A stretch of DNA of 64,000 nt from contig NC_057718.1 in the NCBI RefSeq assembly GCF_004010195.1, positions 71,722,433-71,786,432 on the forward strand. Reading direction: 5' to 3'. This document shows positions 27,600-40,104 of the stretch, in pieces. The stretch's first letter is position 1; every line of letters starts with the position of its first letter. The notes beneath the pieces were generated by a model. The model was not told the origin of the DNA and searched no databases. It was given only the letters and a program-made list of their open reading frames with translations. The position numbers were made by a program, and so were the translations under genes. This DNA is from Chiloscyllium plagiosum (Eukaryota).

Positions 27600-28100
27600 A
27601 CTTTGCCCTCTTCTAGCTCTCCTAAGTCCATCCTTCAGTTCTTTCCTGGCTACCTTGTGACCTTCTAAAGCCCTGTCTGATCCTTGCCTCCTTAATCTTA
27701 AGTAAGCTTCCTTCTTCCTCTTGACTAGATGTTCCACATCCCTTGTCACTGAAAGTTCTTTCAACCTCTTGCTTGCCTCAGTGGGACAAATCTGTCCAGC
27801 ACTATCAGCAAGTGCTTCCTAAGCAACCTCCACATTTCTGTCATGCATTTCCCTGAGAACATCTGTTCCCAATTTAGGTGCCCCAGTTCCTGCCTAATAT
27901 CATTGGAATTCCCCCTCCCCAATTTAAATACTTTCCCATACTGTCTGCTCCTATCCCTCTCCATTTGTATAGTAAAGGTTGTGATCTGTATCACAATCTT
28001 TGTGATCTGTATCACAACCTTTGTGATCTGTATCACAGAAATGCTCTCTCACTGAGCGATCTGACACCTGGCATGGTTCATTACTAAGCACCCAAATCCA
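27600..28100 (-). mobile_element. CR1 LINE fragment (endonuclease/linker region)
   Basis: IRQELGHLNWEQMFSGK..DRFVPLRQ and LVKRKKEAYLRLRR on -. Confidence 0.8.
27979..28037. repeat. 21-bp tandem repeat, about 2.8 copies, with an internal palindrome
   Basis: TTGTGATCTGTATCACAA(T/C)CT units start at 27979, 28000 and 28021. Confidence 0.9.
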
Positions 28101-28553
28101 ATAACATATTAAAAAAAATAATAGTTTGTTTTTCACTACTGGTTACGTCCACTATTGAAGATCCACATAATCCTACAATTGGTGAATTTGCAGTTTCTGT
28201 AGAGCTGATACAGTTGTAGCTGTACAACAACCAACCTTCCTGGATTTGCAGTTATATCTCAAATCACCCTGACGCAGATGCAGAGGCAGATATTTTTGTT
28301 ACTTAGAAGAGACAAATTGAGTAAATTTTAAATTACTCTGCTGAACCATCGATGATTATCCCTCTCATAACCTAACTATAAGGGAAAAACCTTTTCTCAT
28401 CTCCTGTACAATTCACTCTTTTCACGTGCATATATTGTAGGTTCAGGGAGGTTGATAGATCAACCGTTAAAGGACAACAATTAAAGGACAAAGAACTTTT
28501 GTTTTAGAAAAGATTAGTGTTGATTGACATTAGATCTGATTGTTCTTTTGTAG

Positions 28554-28724
<171 letters not shown>

Positions 28725-29055
28725 ATCAGATTTGTGCTTTAATGGCAAGAAACCCTGCACACACACCACTAAGTAACATAATTGAGCATGCAATTTACAC
28801 TGCTGCCTAGCCATAATAGAATGAAAGAGTGATTGCAAATTGTTATTACTGATTTGATTGTATTCCATGAACATCTTTGCCCAAAATTTGCTTTAAATTA
28901 TTGTGAGTCTTCCGTGCATGCAATTGTTAATGTGTAAGAAATAATTTGGTAATGAGCGAAGAGATGCCATGAATTATAAGTAGCGACAAATAGCTAAGCA
29001 ATTTCTTCTGTTCTGCTATTAATCTCATTACCAAAGTTTACCATCAACATCTTCA

Positions 29056-29345
29056 TGGGCGGCACGGTTGCACAGTGGTTGGCACCAGAGACCTGGGTTC
29101 AATTCCCGCCTCAGGCGACTGACTGTTTGGAGTTTGCACGTTCTCCCCGTGTCTGCGTGTGTTTCCTCTGGGTGCTCCGGTTTCCTCCCACCAGTCCAAA
29201 GATGTGCAGGTCATGTGAATTGGTCATGCTAAATTTCCCGTAGTGTTAGGTAAGGGGTAAATGTAGGGGTATGGGTGGCTTGCGCTTTGGTGGGTCGGTG
29301 TGGACTTGTTGGGCCGAAGGGCCTGTTTCCACGCTGTAATGTTAG
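29056..29345 (+). mobile_element. tRNA-derived SINE (HE1/V-SINE-like) in the probable ACAT2 3' UTR
   Basis: gggcggcacgg..cagtggtt head, gggttcaattcc B-box, central ggagtttgcacgttctccccgtgtctgcgtg domain, tail gggccgaagggcctgtttcc. Confidence 0.88.
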
Positions 29346-29488
29346 ATAAATCTATTCACTAGTGTCTCAAAATTGCTACATTGCATTGGAAAAACAAATT
29401 CAATACATCAGAGAACATTATGTTGTATATAGGATGCTTTTAACAGGACACTGTGTTTTTGTGACTTGCCACTTTGAAAGTAGTTAAC

Positions 29489-29494
29489 AATAAA
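29489..29494 (+). promoter_or_regulatory. Candidate ACAT2 polyadenylation signal AATAAA (a second lies at 29685-29690)
   Basis: First canonical AATAAA I found downstream of the ACAT2 stop. Usage is not verifiable from sequence. Confidence 0.45.
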
Positions 29495-29934
29495 TGATAA
29501 TTATTCTGTTCATGTACATAAAGCATGTACGCTGGATGCAAATTAAAATGGCGAAATTATTAAAACAATTAACAGCAAATAATTAGGGACTGGAACTAAA
29601 TGAATGAACCAAAAGAAATCCTAGAACACAACTTATAAAATACATTGCTGGACTTGATTGTCACTGAATCAGAATACGCAGCCAAATAAACAGTATTTCT
29701 TATCAGCAGAGAGGAAGATCATCAAAATTTAATTTGTTGTGATTTACTATAAATTAGATCACTTTCACCTTTGCCTTTGTTCTGAATTCCAATAATTAAA
29801 AACTTGACTGGACCATGCTCATCTGACTTATTCTTTTGTTCATGCATCATCAATGCAACTTGTTATTTTAATGATGAAGGGCTTTTGATGAAGGACAAGG
29901 ATAAACAGGTTACAGTTAGGGAGAGGAAAGGGGA

Positions 29935-30434
29935 NNNNNNNNNNNNNNNNNNNNNNNNNNNNNNNNNNNNNNNNNNNNNNNNNNNNNNNNNNNNNNNNNN
30001 NNNNNNNNNNNNNNNNNNNNNNNNNNNNNNNNNNNNNNNNNNNNNNNNNNNNNNNNNNNNNNNNNNNNNNNNNNNNNNNNNNNNNNNNNNNNNNNNNNNN
30101 NNNNNNNNNNNNNNNNNNNNNNNNNNNNNNNNNNNNNNNNNNNNNNNNNNNNNNNNNNNNNNNNNNNNNNNNNNNNNNNNNNNNNNNNNNNNNNNNNNNN
30201 NNNNNNNNNNNNNNNNNNNNNNNNNNNNNNNNNNNNNNNNNNNNNNNNNNNNNNNNNNNNNNNNNNNNNNNNNNNNNNNNNNNNNNNNNNNNNNNNNNNN
30301 NNNNNNNNNNNNNNNNNNNNNNNNNNNNNNNNNNNNNNNNNNNNNNNNNNNNNNNNNNNNNNNNNNNNNNNNNNNNNNNNNNNNNNNNNNNNNNNNNNNN
30401 NNNNNNNNNNNNNNNNNNNNNNNNNNNNNNNNNN
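29935..30434. other. Assembly gap between ACAT2 and TULP4 (other gaps: 15305-15580, 46358-46940, 57511-58014)
   Basis: Runs of N. Confidence 0.99.
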
Positions 30435-31364
30435 AATACAACAAATATTAACCATATTCAAGTTACCTAAACCCCGTGACAGCAAGCACTACCACTTTCC
30501 ACAGCAGTTCACATCTGCATCACCATCTAAATCAAATATAAAAAAAGCTATCTAAAAATATAGAAAATAGTAGCACATCCTTTAGCATTGCATATTTATG
30601 AATGTTTGGTCCCCCTACTTTACAGATATAACCCAAAATTAGTAATTTGCAGATCAATTTGGAAAACAATTCACTATCAGAGATACATGTCTACTTAGCT
30701 TGTCATCAGAAATAAAGAAAAACAGAGTAATAAAACTTGACAAAATGTCCAACTAAAATGATATTTAGCACTAAAACAGCTCAACAAAAACACTATTAAT
30801 TTCAAAGCAATGACTATTAAAACTTTCGACCTCAAAAATGCTTCTGAAGATTTCAATGTCCTTGTTAGTTTCAACTTAGGAGCTACTTAAATTGTTCTTT
30901 CCAGTGCTCACCAATATTGACATAACCTATTTACTAATACCATATTCAAAACTCAATCATTCCGGTTCCCAGGAATCCTGTGTGTTGTTCAAGTATTATT
31001 ACTGTTATTAAAAAAAACAGCAAAGAAAGCAAGCTCCTGTATTTGTTACAAGAAAAAAAGAAAATTACACCGTAATATAAGGCCTTCTAGTCAACAGGTA
31101 AACATATTCTACTGGGTTATTCAAACAAGCATGTAATCAGGTGGAAAGATCTACAGAACAGCAAGGTATCTGAACTGTAATCATCATGGCATGCATCTGA
31201 AAAGCATGCTCTTCCATCTTCCTGTTTGTTCAAGACTAAATAGGAGATCCTTTAAAGTCAAACGCAGTGATGTGGCTGCCCAGACCAATTCAGTCACGGT
31301 GCTTTCAACATACATCGTGGAAATTTTGATCCTCAGCTCCAGAAAACACTTTAGTTCTTCTCAT

Positions 31365-31481
31365 TCATTTCAGACGTTGGGTAACATTAGCTAATGCAAC
31401 AGCAAAAGCTTGCACTGCAGAAAATGGATACTGAAAATCTAAGATGTATGCATTACCATCAATCCTTCCAAATTGCATCAC
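31365..31481 (-). CDS. TULP4: TULP4 last coding exon (end of tubby-like domain) including stop
   Basis: ttttgcAG acceptor on -. Encodes VMQFGRIDGNAYILDFQYPFSAVQAFAVALANVTQRLK*. Phase-0 join to the large exon. Confidence 0.96.
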   Translation of the reverse strand: MMQFGRIDGNAYILDFQYPFSAVQAFAVALANVTQRLK

Positions 31482-31844
31482 CTGCAAAAGAAAATAAATT
31501 ACAGGCATTGGAAAGAAGCAATTTTTCCGATTGGAATTGGATCAAAGTTCAGTAAATGAACCAATTGATTAAAGGCTTACGTTTGCAGCATGGTATCATC
31601 TTTATTTTAACTATTGTTAATTTGTTGTTTGATTTTTAAATTAGCCTACTCAACAATACATTTTGATTACCGGCAACCAGGGTATGCTCTGTATATATTT
31701 CAGGTACATTGGTTGGGGGTGAGACTTTTTTTTCTCATGGGAGAAAGTCCTACCAATTTAACCAGCTAGGTCTTTTACCTTTCCCTGATCTCTTCTTTCC
31801 AGCCACACGGACGTAGACGTTAATTAGATACTAATTGCAGCAGA

Positions 31845-32030
31845 GGCAAACAAGCGGGAGGCTGGAAGAACACAGCAAGTCAGTTAGTATCATGAGGTGA
31901 AGAAGTCAACATTTCAGGTGTAACCCTTCTTTAGGACTCCACCTCCTGAAACTGCCTGGCTTGCTGTGTTCGTCCAGCCTTCTGCTTGTCTATCTTGATT
32001 TCCAGCATCTACAGTTTTTTTGTCTCTAAT
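31845..32030. mobile_element. Foldback PLE-derived mini-element
   Basis: ggctggaagaacacagcaag arm inverted against cttgctgtgttcgtccagcc; flanked by a short TAATTGCA repeat. Confidence 0.75.
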
Positions 32031-32339
32031 TAATTGCACTACGGCAGGAGGGAGGGCTGCATGAAGTGGGAGTCTCTAAAATTCTATAGCAAACAGATGA
32101 GGGGATCTGTTGGATATTGTGCCACAAAGTTTATATTTGTAACACATAAGAGAATGGTAAAGTTTGAAGTGGAACAATCTAAAATAAAACCTTTGAATGG
32201 GAAGAGGCAGAAATGGCAGACTGAAGATAAATAGTCTTAAAAATTAATGGCCAAATACAAAATAGTTTGAATTTATATTGTGACAAGGAATGGCATTGTT
32301 GCTGGTCCACAGTAAATGCAAATCCTAATTTTTTCTTTG

Positions 32340-33110
32340 TTTACATCTACAATTTCCAAATTGTTGGAGGAAATCCTGAAGAAGGATTTATGTGTACTTG
32401 GAAAGGCAAGGACTGAATATGGCTTTGTGTGTGGGAAATCATGTCTCACTAACTTGACTGAGTTTTTTAAAGAAGTAACTAAGAGGGCTGAAGAGGGCAG
32501 AGCAGTGGACATGATCTGGATGGACATCAGTAAAGCATTCGACAACCATGTGATGGCAACTACTGTAGACTGGTTGCCATCACGTGGAATACAGGGAGAA
32601 CTAGCCATTTAGATACAGACTGGCTTGAAAGTCGAAGACAGACGGTGATGGTGTAGGTTGCTTTTCAAACTGGAGGCTTGAGACCAGCAGTGTGCCATCA
32701 AGATTGGTGCTGAATCCACTGTTCTTTGTCATTTATATAAATGATTTGGATGTGATTACAGGAGGTCTGGTTAGTAAGTTTGCAGATGACACCAAAATTG
32801 GAGGTGTAGGGTAGCCAAAAGGTTACCTCAGAGCACAATGTGACCATGAACAGATGGGCAATTGGGCTGAGGAGTGGCAGATGGAGTTTAATTTAGATAA
32901 ATGTGAGGCGCTGCATTTTGGAAAGGCGGATCAAAGCAGAACTTATATACTTAATGTTAGGTCCTGGAGAGTGTTGCTGAATGAACAGACCTTGGAATGC
33001 AAGTTCATAGTTCCTTGAAGGTGGAGTCCCAGGTATTGAGTATAAAAGTTAGGAGGTCATCTTGTGGTTTTAAAGGACATTGATTAGGCCACTTCTGGAA
33101 TACTACATGT
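32340..33110 (+). mobile_element. CR1 RT fragment
   Basis: GKSCLTNLTEFFKEVTK..MDISKAFD; YINDLD..KFADDTK. Confidence 0.85.
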
Positions 33111-34199
33111 AATCGCTTAGAACCTTTCAGGCCCATCTTTTTCCTCTTCTATACTGATCATGAATCTACTGAAGTTATGACCTGTGTGAGAAAAAATGTT
33201 CTCCCAGTTATTACTTCAAGCACTTGTCCTCAACCACTTCATGACTTAATTTTAAGTTCAAGACCATCCCCTAATCCCGTGGGGCCTTCTACATACCAGA
33301 TTAAAAAAAGGTGTCCTGGAATTAGAAAGAATTCCATTCTTTTTAAATCTTTTACATTATGACTACCTCATTATTGCTACCAAATAACTTAAATGTTTCT
33401 CTTAAATTTGCCATTCTCAAAGCATAAATTCATCATTCAAAAAAGTGACTTTTTTTACAGCCATAATGCCATTTGAGAAATAGGTTGTTTTAACAAATAG
33501 AACTATATGGGTGCAATATACACCTCCCAACCCCAACTTATGGATGCTGTAAATAGAAAAGTTGGGATATTGCAGGCTACCTCTACTAAAATAAGTGGTT
33601 TAATTATCTGCTGTGTTTCCCACACTGATTTTTGGGATTCATTCTGCTTGGTTCATTCAGTCAGATATGATGTTGCAGATTAGATTTAATTTTCAGTAAA
33701 TAAAAAATAGATGTTGATTAAATCATTAATAAGTCTTTCAGACATATTTCTAACTTTATGACGTAAAGTCACAAATTTTCCTGCCCCAAATCACTCTAAT
33801 GATATTGCACTACTTGGTTATTATTGCGATACCAAACTGAGAACGAAAGCATTTAATTATTAATATCCATAAACAAATTCAAGAAGCAATATAATTAAGT
33901 ATTAAAATGCAAAAGATACACTTTTCTAAAGCCTGTTACAAGTGACTTTGTAATTTAAGTTGCAAAATTATTACAAAAGTCAGAGACTAAATAATAAACA
34001 GGGCCCATGTGATCAACAATTCAATGTTTTGTAGAATGCAGAGACCAGTAAAACCTATGATTTCACCTGAGATAAGTTTATTGCTGCAAATGACTATTTT
34101 ATCTCATTCATTGAAACTGCACAACTGAAACAAATCTAGAATAGAAACAAGTGGTTTCAAATAAGATTAGAAAGTATTCTGGAATTTTCATTCAACCCA

Positions 34200-34490
34200 C
34201 TGTGTCCACACCAACCCTCTGAAGACCATCCGACCCAACCAGCTCCCTCCCCTATCCCCACAACTCTGCATTTACCACAGCACCTAGTCGACACATTCCT
34301 GGACACTATGGACAATTTAGCATGCCCAATCTATCTAATCTGCACATCTTCGGACTGTGGGAGAAAACTGGATCATCTGATAGAAAACTATGTAGACATG
34401 TCAAACGTGCAAAATCTACAGTCACCTGAGACTGGGTTCCTGGAGATGTGAGGCAGCAGTGCGAACCACTGAGCCACTGTGCAGCCCATA
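34200..34490 (-). mobile_element. Diverged HE1/V-SINE-like SINE
   Basis: gtgaggcagcagtgc..ccactg head and ggactgtgggag core in reverse orientation. Confidence 0.75.
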
Positions 34491-34856
34491 ACAGAGTCAG
34501 ATTCATTCATAAAGCTTATCTCTAGATGCAAGGAAACATAACTGCTGAACACAGCTGTTCATTTTGAAGAACCCTCTTATGAAGGAATATATAGCTACAA
34601 AAGCTCTTTACACTTACAGCATTCAGTATTTTTCCTACATGAGGATTGCATGAGCAACCAGCCAAAACACTCTTTTCTGGGTATCATAAGCACCATACCA
34701 AAATCCTTCCGTGGACATTTTGAGCATCAAACTAGCACCCTCTCATAGCTTCATGAGCAGCAAAAGTGTTTAAGCCACAATGAATAAATTTAGACCACAA
34801 TGAAAGTTGACTGTGATGTGTTGCAGCAAACTATATTGTACATTATTTTACAATAC

Positions 34857-37339
34857 CTGTCGTCCTTCCAACTCAATTTGGAAGTTTTTTGCAGACTCTT
34901 GGGTCACTCTTCCTCCAAAGTCCAACTGATATACTTGTGTTGCCTCATTCCAGAGTGGCTGCTTGTTAGCCATTACATACACAAATCCTTGATTCCCCAA
35001 TTTCCCGTCCTCTTTTTCATTTGCCCTTCGACATTTCAGTTCATCCGTTTCATTCGCTGTCCTTAAGTTTCTCTTAGTTTTCCAAACCTTTTTGGCGCTC
35101 TGACTCTGATTCATGAACTCATCTCCACTAATGAATAACTCTGGCTCACTTTCTGAGCTGTCTTGAAACTCACTCATTTTATTCAGCTTTTTGGATTTTA
35201 TCTGATCTTTTTGACTTTTGATTTTTTTCTTTTCTCTTCCTAGTCTCGGGCTAGAAATTAGAGAATTGAAGTCTGTAAGCACCTTTGCGTCTTTTTTCAT
35301 TTTTCCTTCAGTTACAGCTCGCATATTTGCCTCCTCTGGTCTGCTGTCTAACCGTTTATGGCTTTTCTTGTCATATCTATCTGTTCGCAGAAGAACAGGA
35401 GATTCTGTCAGAGAGACGACCTCTTGGAAGTTGTCTGCTGTTTCGATAATTGCCTCAGTTCTCGTGTGTTGAAACTCTGTTGAAAATGAAGGCATTCCAG
35501 CTTTCTCAACAAGCACGTCTGGCTTTGAGCTCAACGTACCCTGTGAACTATGCATCAGGGAACAAGCACTGTAAGTATTCCATTGATGTAATGTAATCGG
35601 GGGGAGCTGTAGACTAGAAAATGTGTTATTGGTTGGATACATTGGTGGCAATGGACAACAGCCAATGTTAGCTGGATAACCAGATTGCACGACTACAGAA
35701 GAGTCTTGTTGTGGGTATGGAGGTGGGATTATAGCTTCTGAAGAAGGAAAAGAGGCCTGAAAGGCTGCAATAGGAGATGCGCTGTAACTTAGTGGATATG
35801 GTAATGTGAATCCAAAGTTTGACTGGAAAGTGACTGTTGGACTATTTGTAGATTTAATAGGAATGATTGGTACATGAGGTATTTCCACATGTGATTGTTC
35901 CAAGATGAGTGCTGGTGGTTTATGACACGCTGTTGCAGAAATCTGACTTGGTTGTTGTGGAATCCAAATTTCCTCACTCCCTGTTTGGTCCCACTGATAT
36001 GGGAGTGGTTGCTTCATGCTCATGTTGATCTCATTATTTAATGTAATATGTCTAATGGATTTCTCAAATTGACAATGCTGCAAAATAGATTCATCCTCAC
36101 TGAAAGCATTATTAACATATTCAGTTCTATCCTGACAGTTGTCTGGAACACTTAGCAGATTATAGGATGACTGAGAAGAGAGGGGTGATGTACTAGATGA
36201 GTGGACAATTACAGTGCTAAGCTGAGAGCCAGTCCCAGTAGGTAATTCTGATCTACTATTAATGTTACTATTGTTGCTTCCATTGTTGATGCACTGAGTA
36301 CACGTATAGAGAGCCGGTGGAGATCTGAGAGAGGTTTGCTGGTACTGTGCAGACACAGAATTGTTCTTCAGTTTATGACCATGTTGAATAATCCTATGTG
36401 AGTCTAACAGCTGAGACACTTTTGCTGTGGCATCTTTGCTCTCACTTTGCAATGGCACTTGTATAGTGTTACTATCAATACGCTGACTTCTATTGGTGGC
36501 ATCAGGATAAGGAGGTGGATCTCCACTAGGAATAACACAGTGAGCAACACTCAGCCTATTTAATGTGCCATATACCTGCTGTACCTTCTTAGCATCTGCT
36601 GAAGGCAACTGTAAAGGTGACTGTCCTGGGCCTGGAAGTGTATACGTATTTTGACTGCTTGATATTCTCATGCGAGGCCTATATACTTCTTCGACATTTC
36701 CACTGCTATCAAATGTTGTGATTCTTTCGTAACCTAGAGGGGTTTGAAGATGTCTAGTAGGAAAGAGGGAGAGATCTATTTTTTTCAGACAAATGTCTGC
36801 AGGTGGAGTAGTAGCAGAGGTGGCTGCAGAAGCTGTTATAGTCCCTGGATACGGAGGAGGTGGATGTGCATTTATTTTAGCTAACTGCACTTCGGGGGTT
36901 GTGCAGAATGGCATTGTATTGCTTTCCAGGAACTGTGGCACTGTTCGCATCGACTTGATTTTCTGAGAGTGCTCAGGTTCTCGTTCCACCTGCTCCATGT
37001 TGGGAATCTGTACAATCCCCCCAAGCTGTGGTGATTGCTGTTGTGATCCACCAGTCATTCGGCTGGTTTCCAAACTTCCAAAAATTGCCTGCCCAGGATT
37101 TGAAAACCTGTTAGAAATTGCATACTGGCTGGAATTGTCCAAACCACGTTCTGCTGCTCCTGCAATAGCTGTTTGATTTGTTAAAATATCAAGCTGCACA
37201 TTCTGATTGGCAAGTAACGATTGAACTAGTCCAATACTCTGGGTAGGGGACATTGCTTGAGCAGAACTATGGATTGGTGCAATGGGAATGTTAACAGTGC
37301 AAGGAGGATTGTTTTCTGGAGCTCCAGTTGTTCCATTCA
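34857..37339 (-). CDS. TULP4: TULP4 large penultimate coding exon (2483 bp)
   Basis: Open frame (ORF 34848-37340) with ctttgcacAG acceptor and GTattg donor. Contains PPCTVNIPIAPIHSSAQAMSPTQSIGLVQSLLANQNVQLD and the tubby-like ANKQPLWNEATQVYQLDFGGRVTQESAKNFQIELEGRQ typical of TULP4. Confidence 0.96.
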
Positions 37340-39629
37340 CTGTGCAAAGAGAAGAACAAAATTTAAAAATTCTTTATTACCGACAAAATATTTAGCTTGC
37401 CCCATAGAAAAGCATACACTGCTATTTTTCTAATGACATTCAATTGTACTGTTTGCAGCACATACGTTGTATAATTTTGAGAAATTTTAAGAATGATTTT
37501 TAGTTTGTCTATGTCAATAAAAATGCACATTTGAAGAAGAGGTATAATAGGCAGTACAATGGAGTAATCTAATATTAATCAGAAGGAAATTTGAAGAGTT
37601 AATATGAAAGGCATAATCGGACTAAGACGAGGTCAACATTACATTGAATTATAAAACACATGGGAGGCGATGGACTGTTAATCCAGAGACCCAGGTAATG
37701 GGGAGCTGGGTTCGAATCCTGCCTTGGCAAATGGTGGAATTTGAATTCAACATATATCTGGAATTAGGAACAGTACAACACAGACACAAACCCTTTGGTC
37801 CACCACATCTCTGCCAATCATGATGCCATTCTATACTAATTCCATCTGCTTAAACATGTGCACTTCCCTCTGTTCCCTGCCTGTTCATGTGTCCAAATGT
37901 CTCTTTAATTTTGCTATTACATTTGCATCTACCAACTCATCTGGCAATGTATTCCAGGCACTGACCAACCATGGTATGAAAAATGTGTCACACTCATCTC
38001 CTCAAATCAGAGGATGGCAGAGAGTCATTGAGAGGAATTCTGATAGACAGCACTGCGGGCACCACTACTGGAGAGTCGATCGTGATAGGACACCTTCGGT
38101 GACTGGCGTAAGGAGCAGCATTGAATCAGAGAGTGCAGAGATACCATTGAGAGGAATTCTGGGAGACAGCAGTGGTCTGAATATTGCAGAAGAACTGGTG
38201 TCAAGGAGTGGTTAAACCTGAACGCTACATTTGTGTTTCCCCCATTTCCTGTAAAATAAAAAAAGGCACTACAAGGAGTACAGGCAAGATAAGATTTTTG
38301 TCTTTTTTAAAATATAGATGGGTGGAGCTGGAAGTGAGGGCAGTGATATGTTCCTCTTGCCAGATGTGGGCAATACCACCTGCAGGAAGTGTTACCAGCT
38401 GCAACTCCACATAGACCACATGGATGGTTGGAGAAGGAGCTTGACACATTGCGGTGCATAGTGGGGGACACACAGTGTGATAGACACTAGCTTTAGGAAG
38501 ATGGTTACATCACAGGATTACCTGAAACATGAGGAAAAACAGATATAAGTGTAGGACGGAAGGCTTTAGATATATGGATCATTAGAATATCTCCTATGGA
38601 TGGTGGGACCTATGCAAGAAGGACGGGTTGCAGCTGAACTGGAGGGGTACCAATATCCTGGGTGGGAGGAACTACTAGAGCTCTTCAGGAGGGTTTAACT
38701 AGTGTTGTAGAGGGGTAGTAACCAGAATAATAGGCCAGTAAATCAGGGATTGAGGACAAAAGTGAGACTGCGATATGCAAAGCACAGAGTAAGAGGGAAG
38801 TTGGGCTCAGAGGAACTGAAGGTCTGGAGTGCATTGACTTCAATGCAACAAATATAACAGGTAAGACAGATGAACTAAGAACATGGATTACTGCATGGAA
38901 TTATGATGTTATTGCCATTATGGAGAAATGGTTGAAGGAGGGACATGACTGCCAGCTTAACATTCCAAAATATCGCAGTTTTACATGGGAAAGAAAGGGA
39001 AACAAAAGGGGACAACAACTGCTTTAAAGACCAGTTGATTAAAGTGCAGGATATTCATGTCCCTGCAAAACTGAAGGATAGGAATCGCAGGATTCAGGAA
39101 CCAAGAATGACGAGGGAAATTGTAAGCTTAGTCAAAAGGAAAAAGGACTCATACGATAGGTCGAGGCAGCTACAAAATGACAAATCCCCTGAAGAGTATA
39201 GGGAAATTGGGAAGGAACTTGAACACGGAATTAGGAAGGCTAAATGGAGCCATGAAATGTCTTTAGCAAAAAGGTTCAAGGAGAATGCAAGGCTTCTTTT
39301 GAATATATTAGAAGAGAGCAGCAAGGAAAAGAATAGGCCCACTCCAGGACAAAGGAGGGAAGTTATGCATGGAGTCACAGCAAGTGCGAGAGATCCTGAC
39401 TGAGTACTATGTATCGGTATTTACCAAGGAGAAAGATATGACTGATGTTGGGGTTATGGATATGTGTGTGAATACTCTAGAGAATGTCAATATATTGAAG
39501 GAGGAAGTTTTGGGTACCCTAAATTGCATTAAGGTAGCCAAGTTCCCAGGGCCAGATGAAATGTGTCAGGTTACTGCAAAAGGCAAGAGAAGTAGCTGGT
39601 GCATTAGCAGATATTATATTAGATCTTTT

Positions 39630-39945
39630 TTAGATTAGATTAGAATACTTTACAGTGTGGAAACAGGCCCTTCGGCCCAACAAGTCCATACCGACCCGCT
39701 GAAGCGCAATCCATCCAGACCCATTCCCCTACATTTACCCCTTCACCTAGCCCTACGGGCAATTTAGCATGGCCAATTCACCTAACCTGCACATTTTTGG
39801 ACTGTGGGAGGAAACCGGAGCATCTGGAGGAAACCCACGCAGACACGGGGAGAATGTGCAAACTCCACACACAGTCAGTCGCCTGAAGCGGGAATTTAAC
39901 CAGGGTCTCTGGTGCTGTGAGGCAGCAGTGCTAACCACTGCGCCA
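39630..39945 (-). mobile_element. HE1/V-SINE-like SINE nested in CR1
   Basis: Complete SINE with (TTAGA)n tail on + and tRNA-like head gcagcagtgctaaccactg. Confidence 0.9.
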
Positions 39946-40104
39946 TCCACATTCTTTTTGACCACAGGCGAGCTTCCAGAGGCCTTATTTAAGAAAGGAA
40001 GCTGGGATAATCCAGGTAATTTTCAGTTGGTGAGCCTGCCATCTGTGGTAGGGAGATCTTGGAGAAAATACTGAGAGACAAGATATATGCATATTTGGAA
40101 CAAA

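Noticed and set aside
27979..28037. Palindromic repeats resembling a CRISPR array or bacterial CRP sites
   Set aside because: No unique spacers, only three adjacent units, derived from CR1 sequence in a vertebrate intron.
26275..28100. Adjacent + and - CR1 fragments as a twin-priming inversion
   Set aside because: The segment order is opposite to that expected, the overlapping region differs in sequence, and I found no shared TSD.
29056..29110. tRNA gene
   Set aside because: The A/B-box-like motifs are SINE heads; there is no complete cloverleaf. The same applies near 37670-37740.
34848..37340. Stand-alone intronless 830-aa gene
   Set aside because: It has canonical splice sites and joins in phase with the exons at 48601-48744 and 31365-31481; it is a TULP4 exon.
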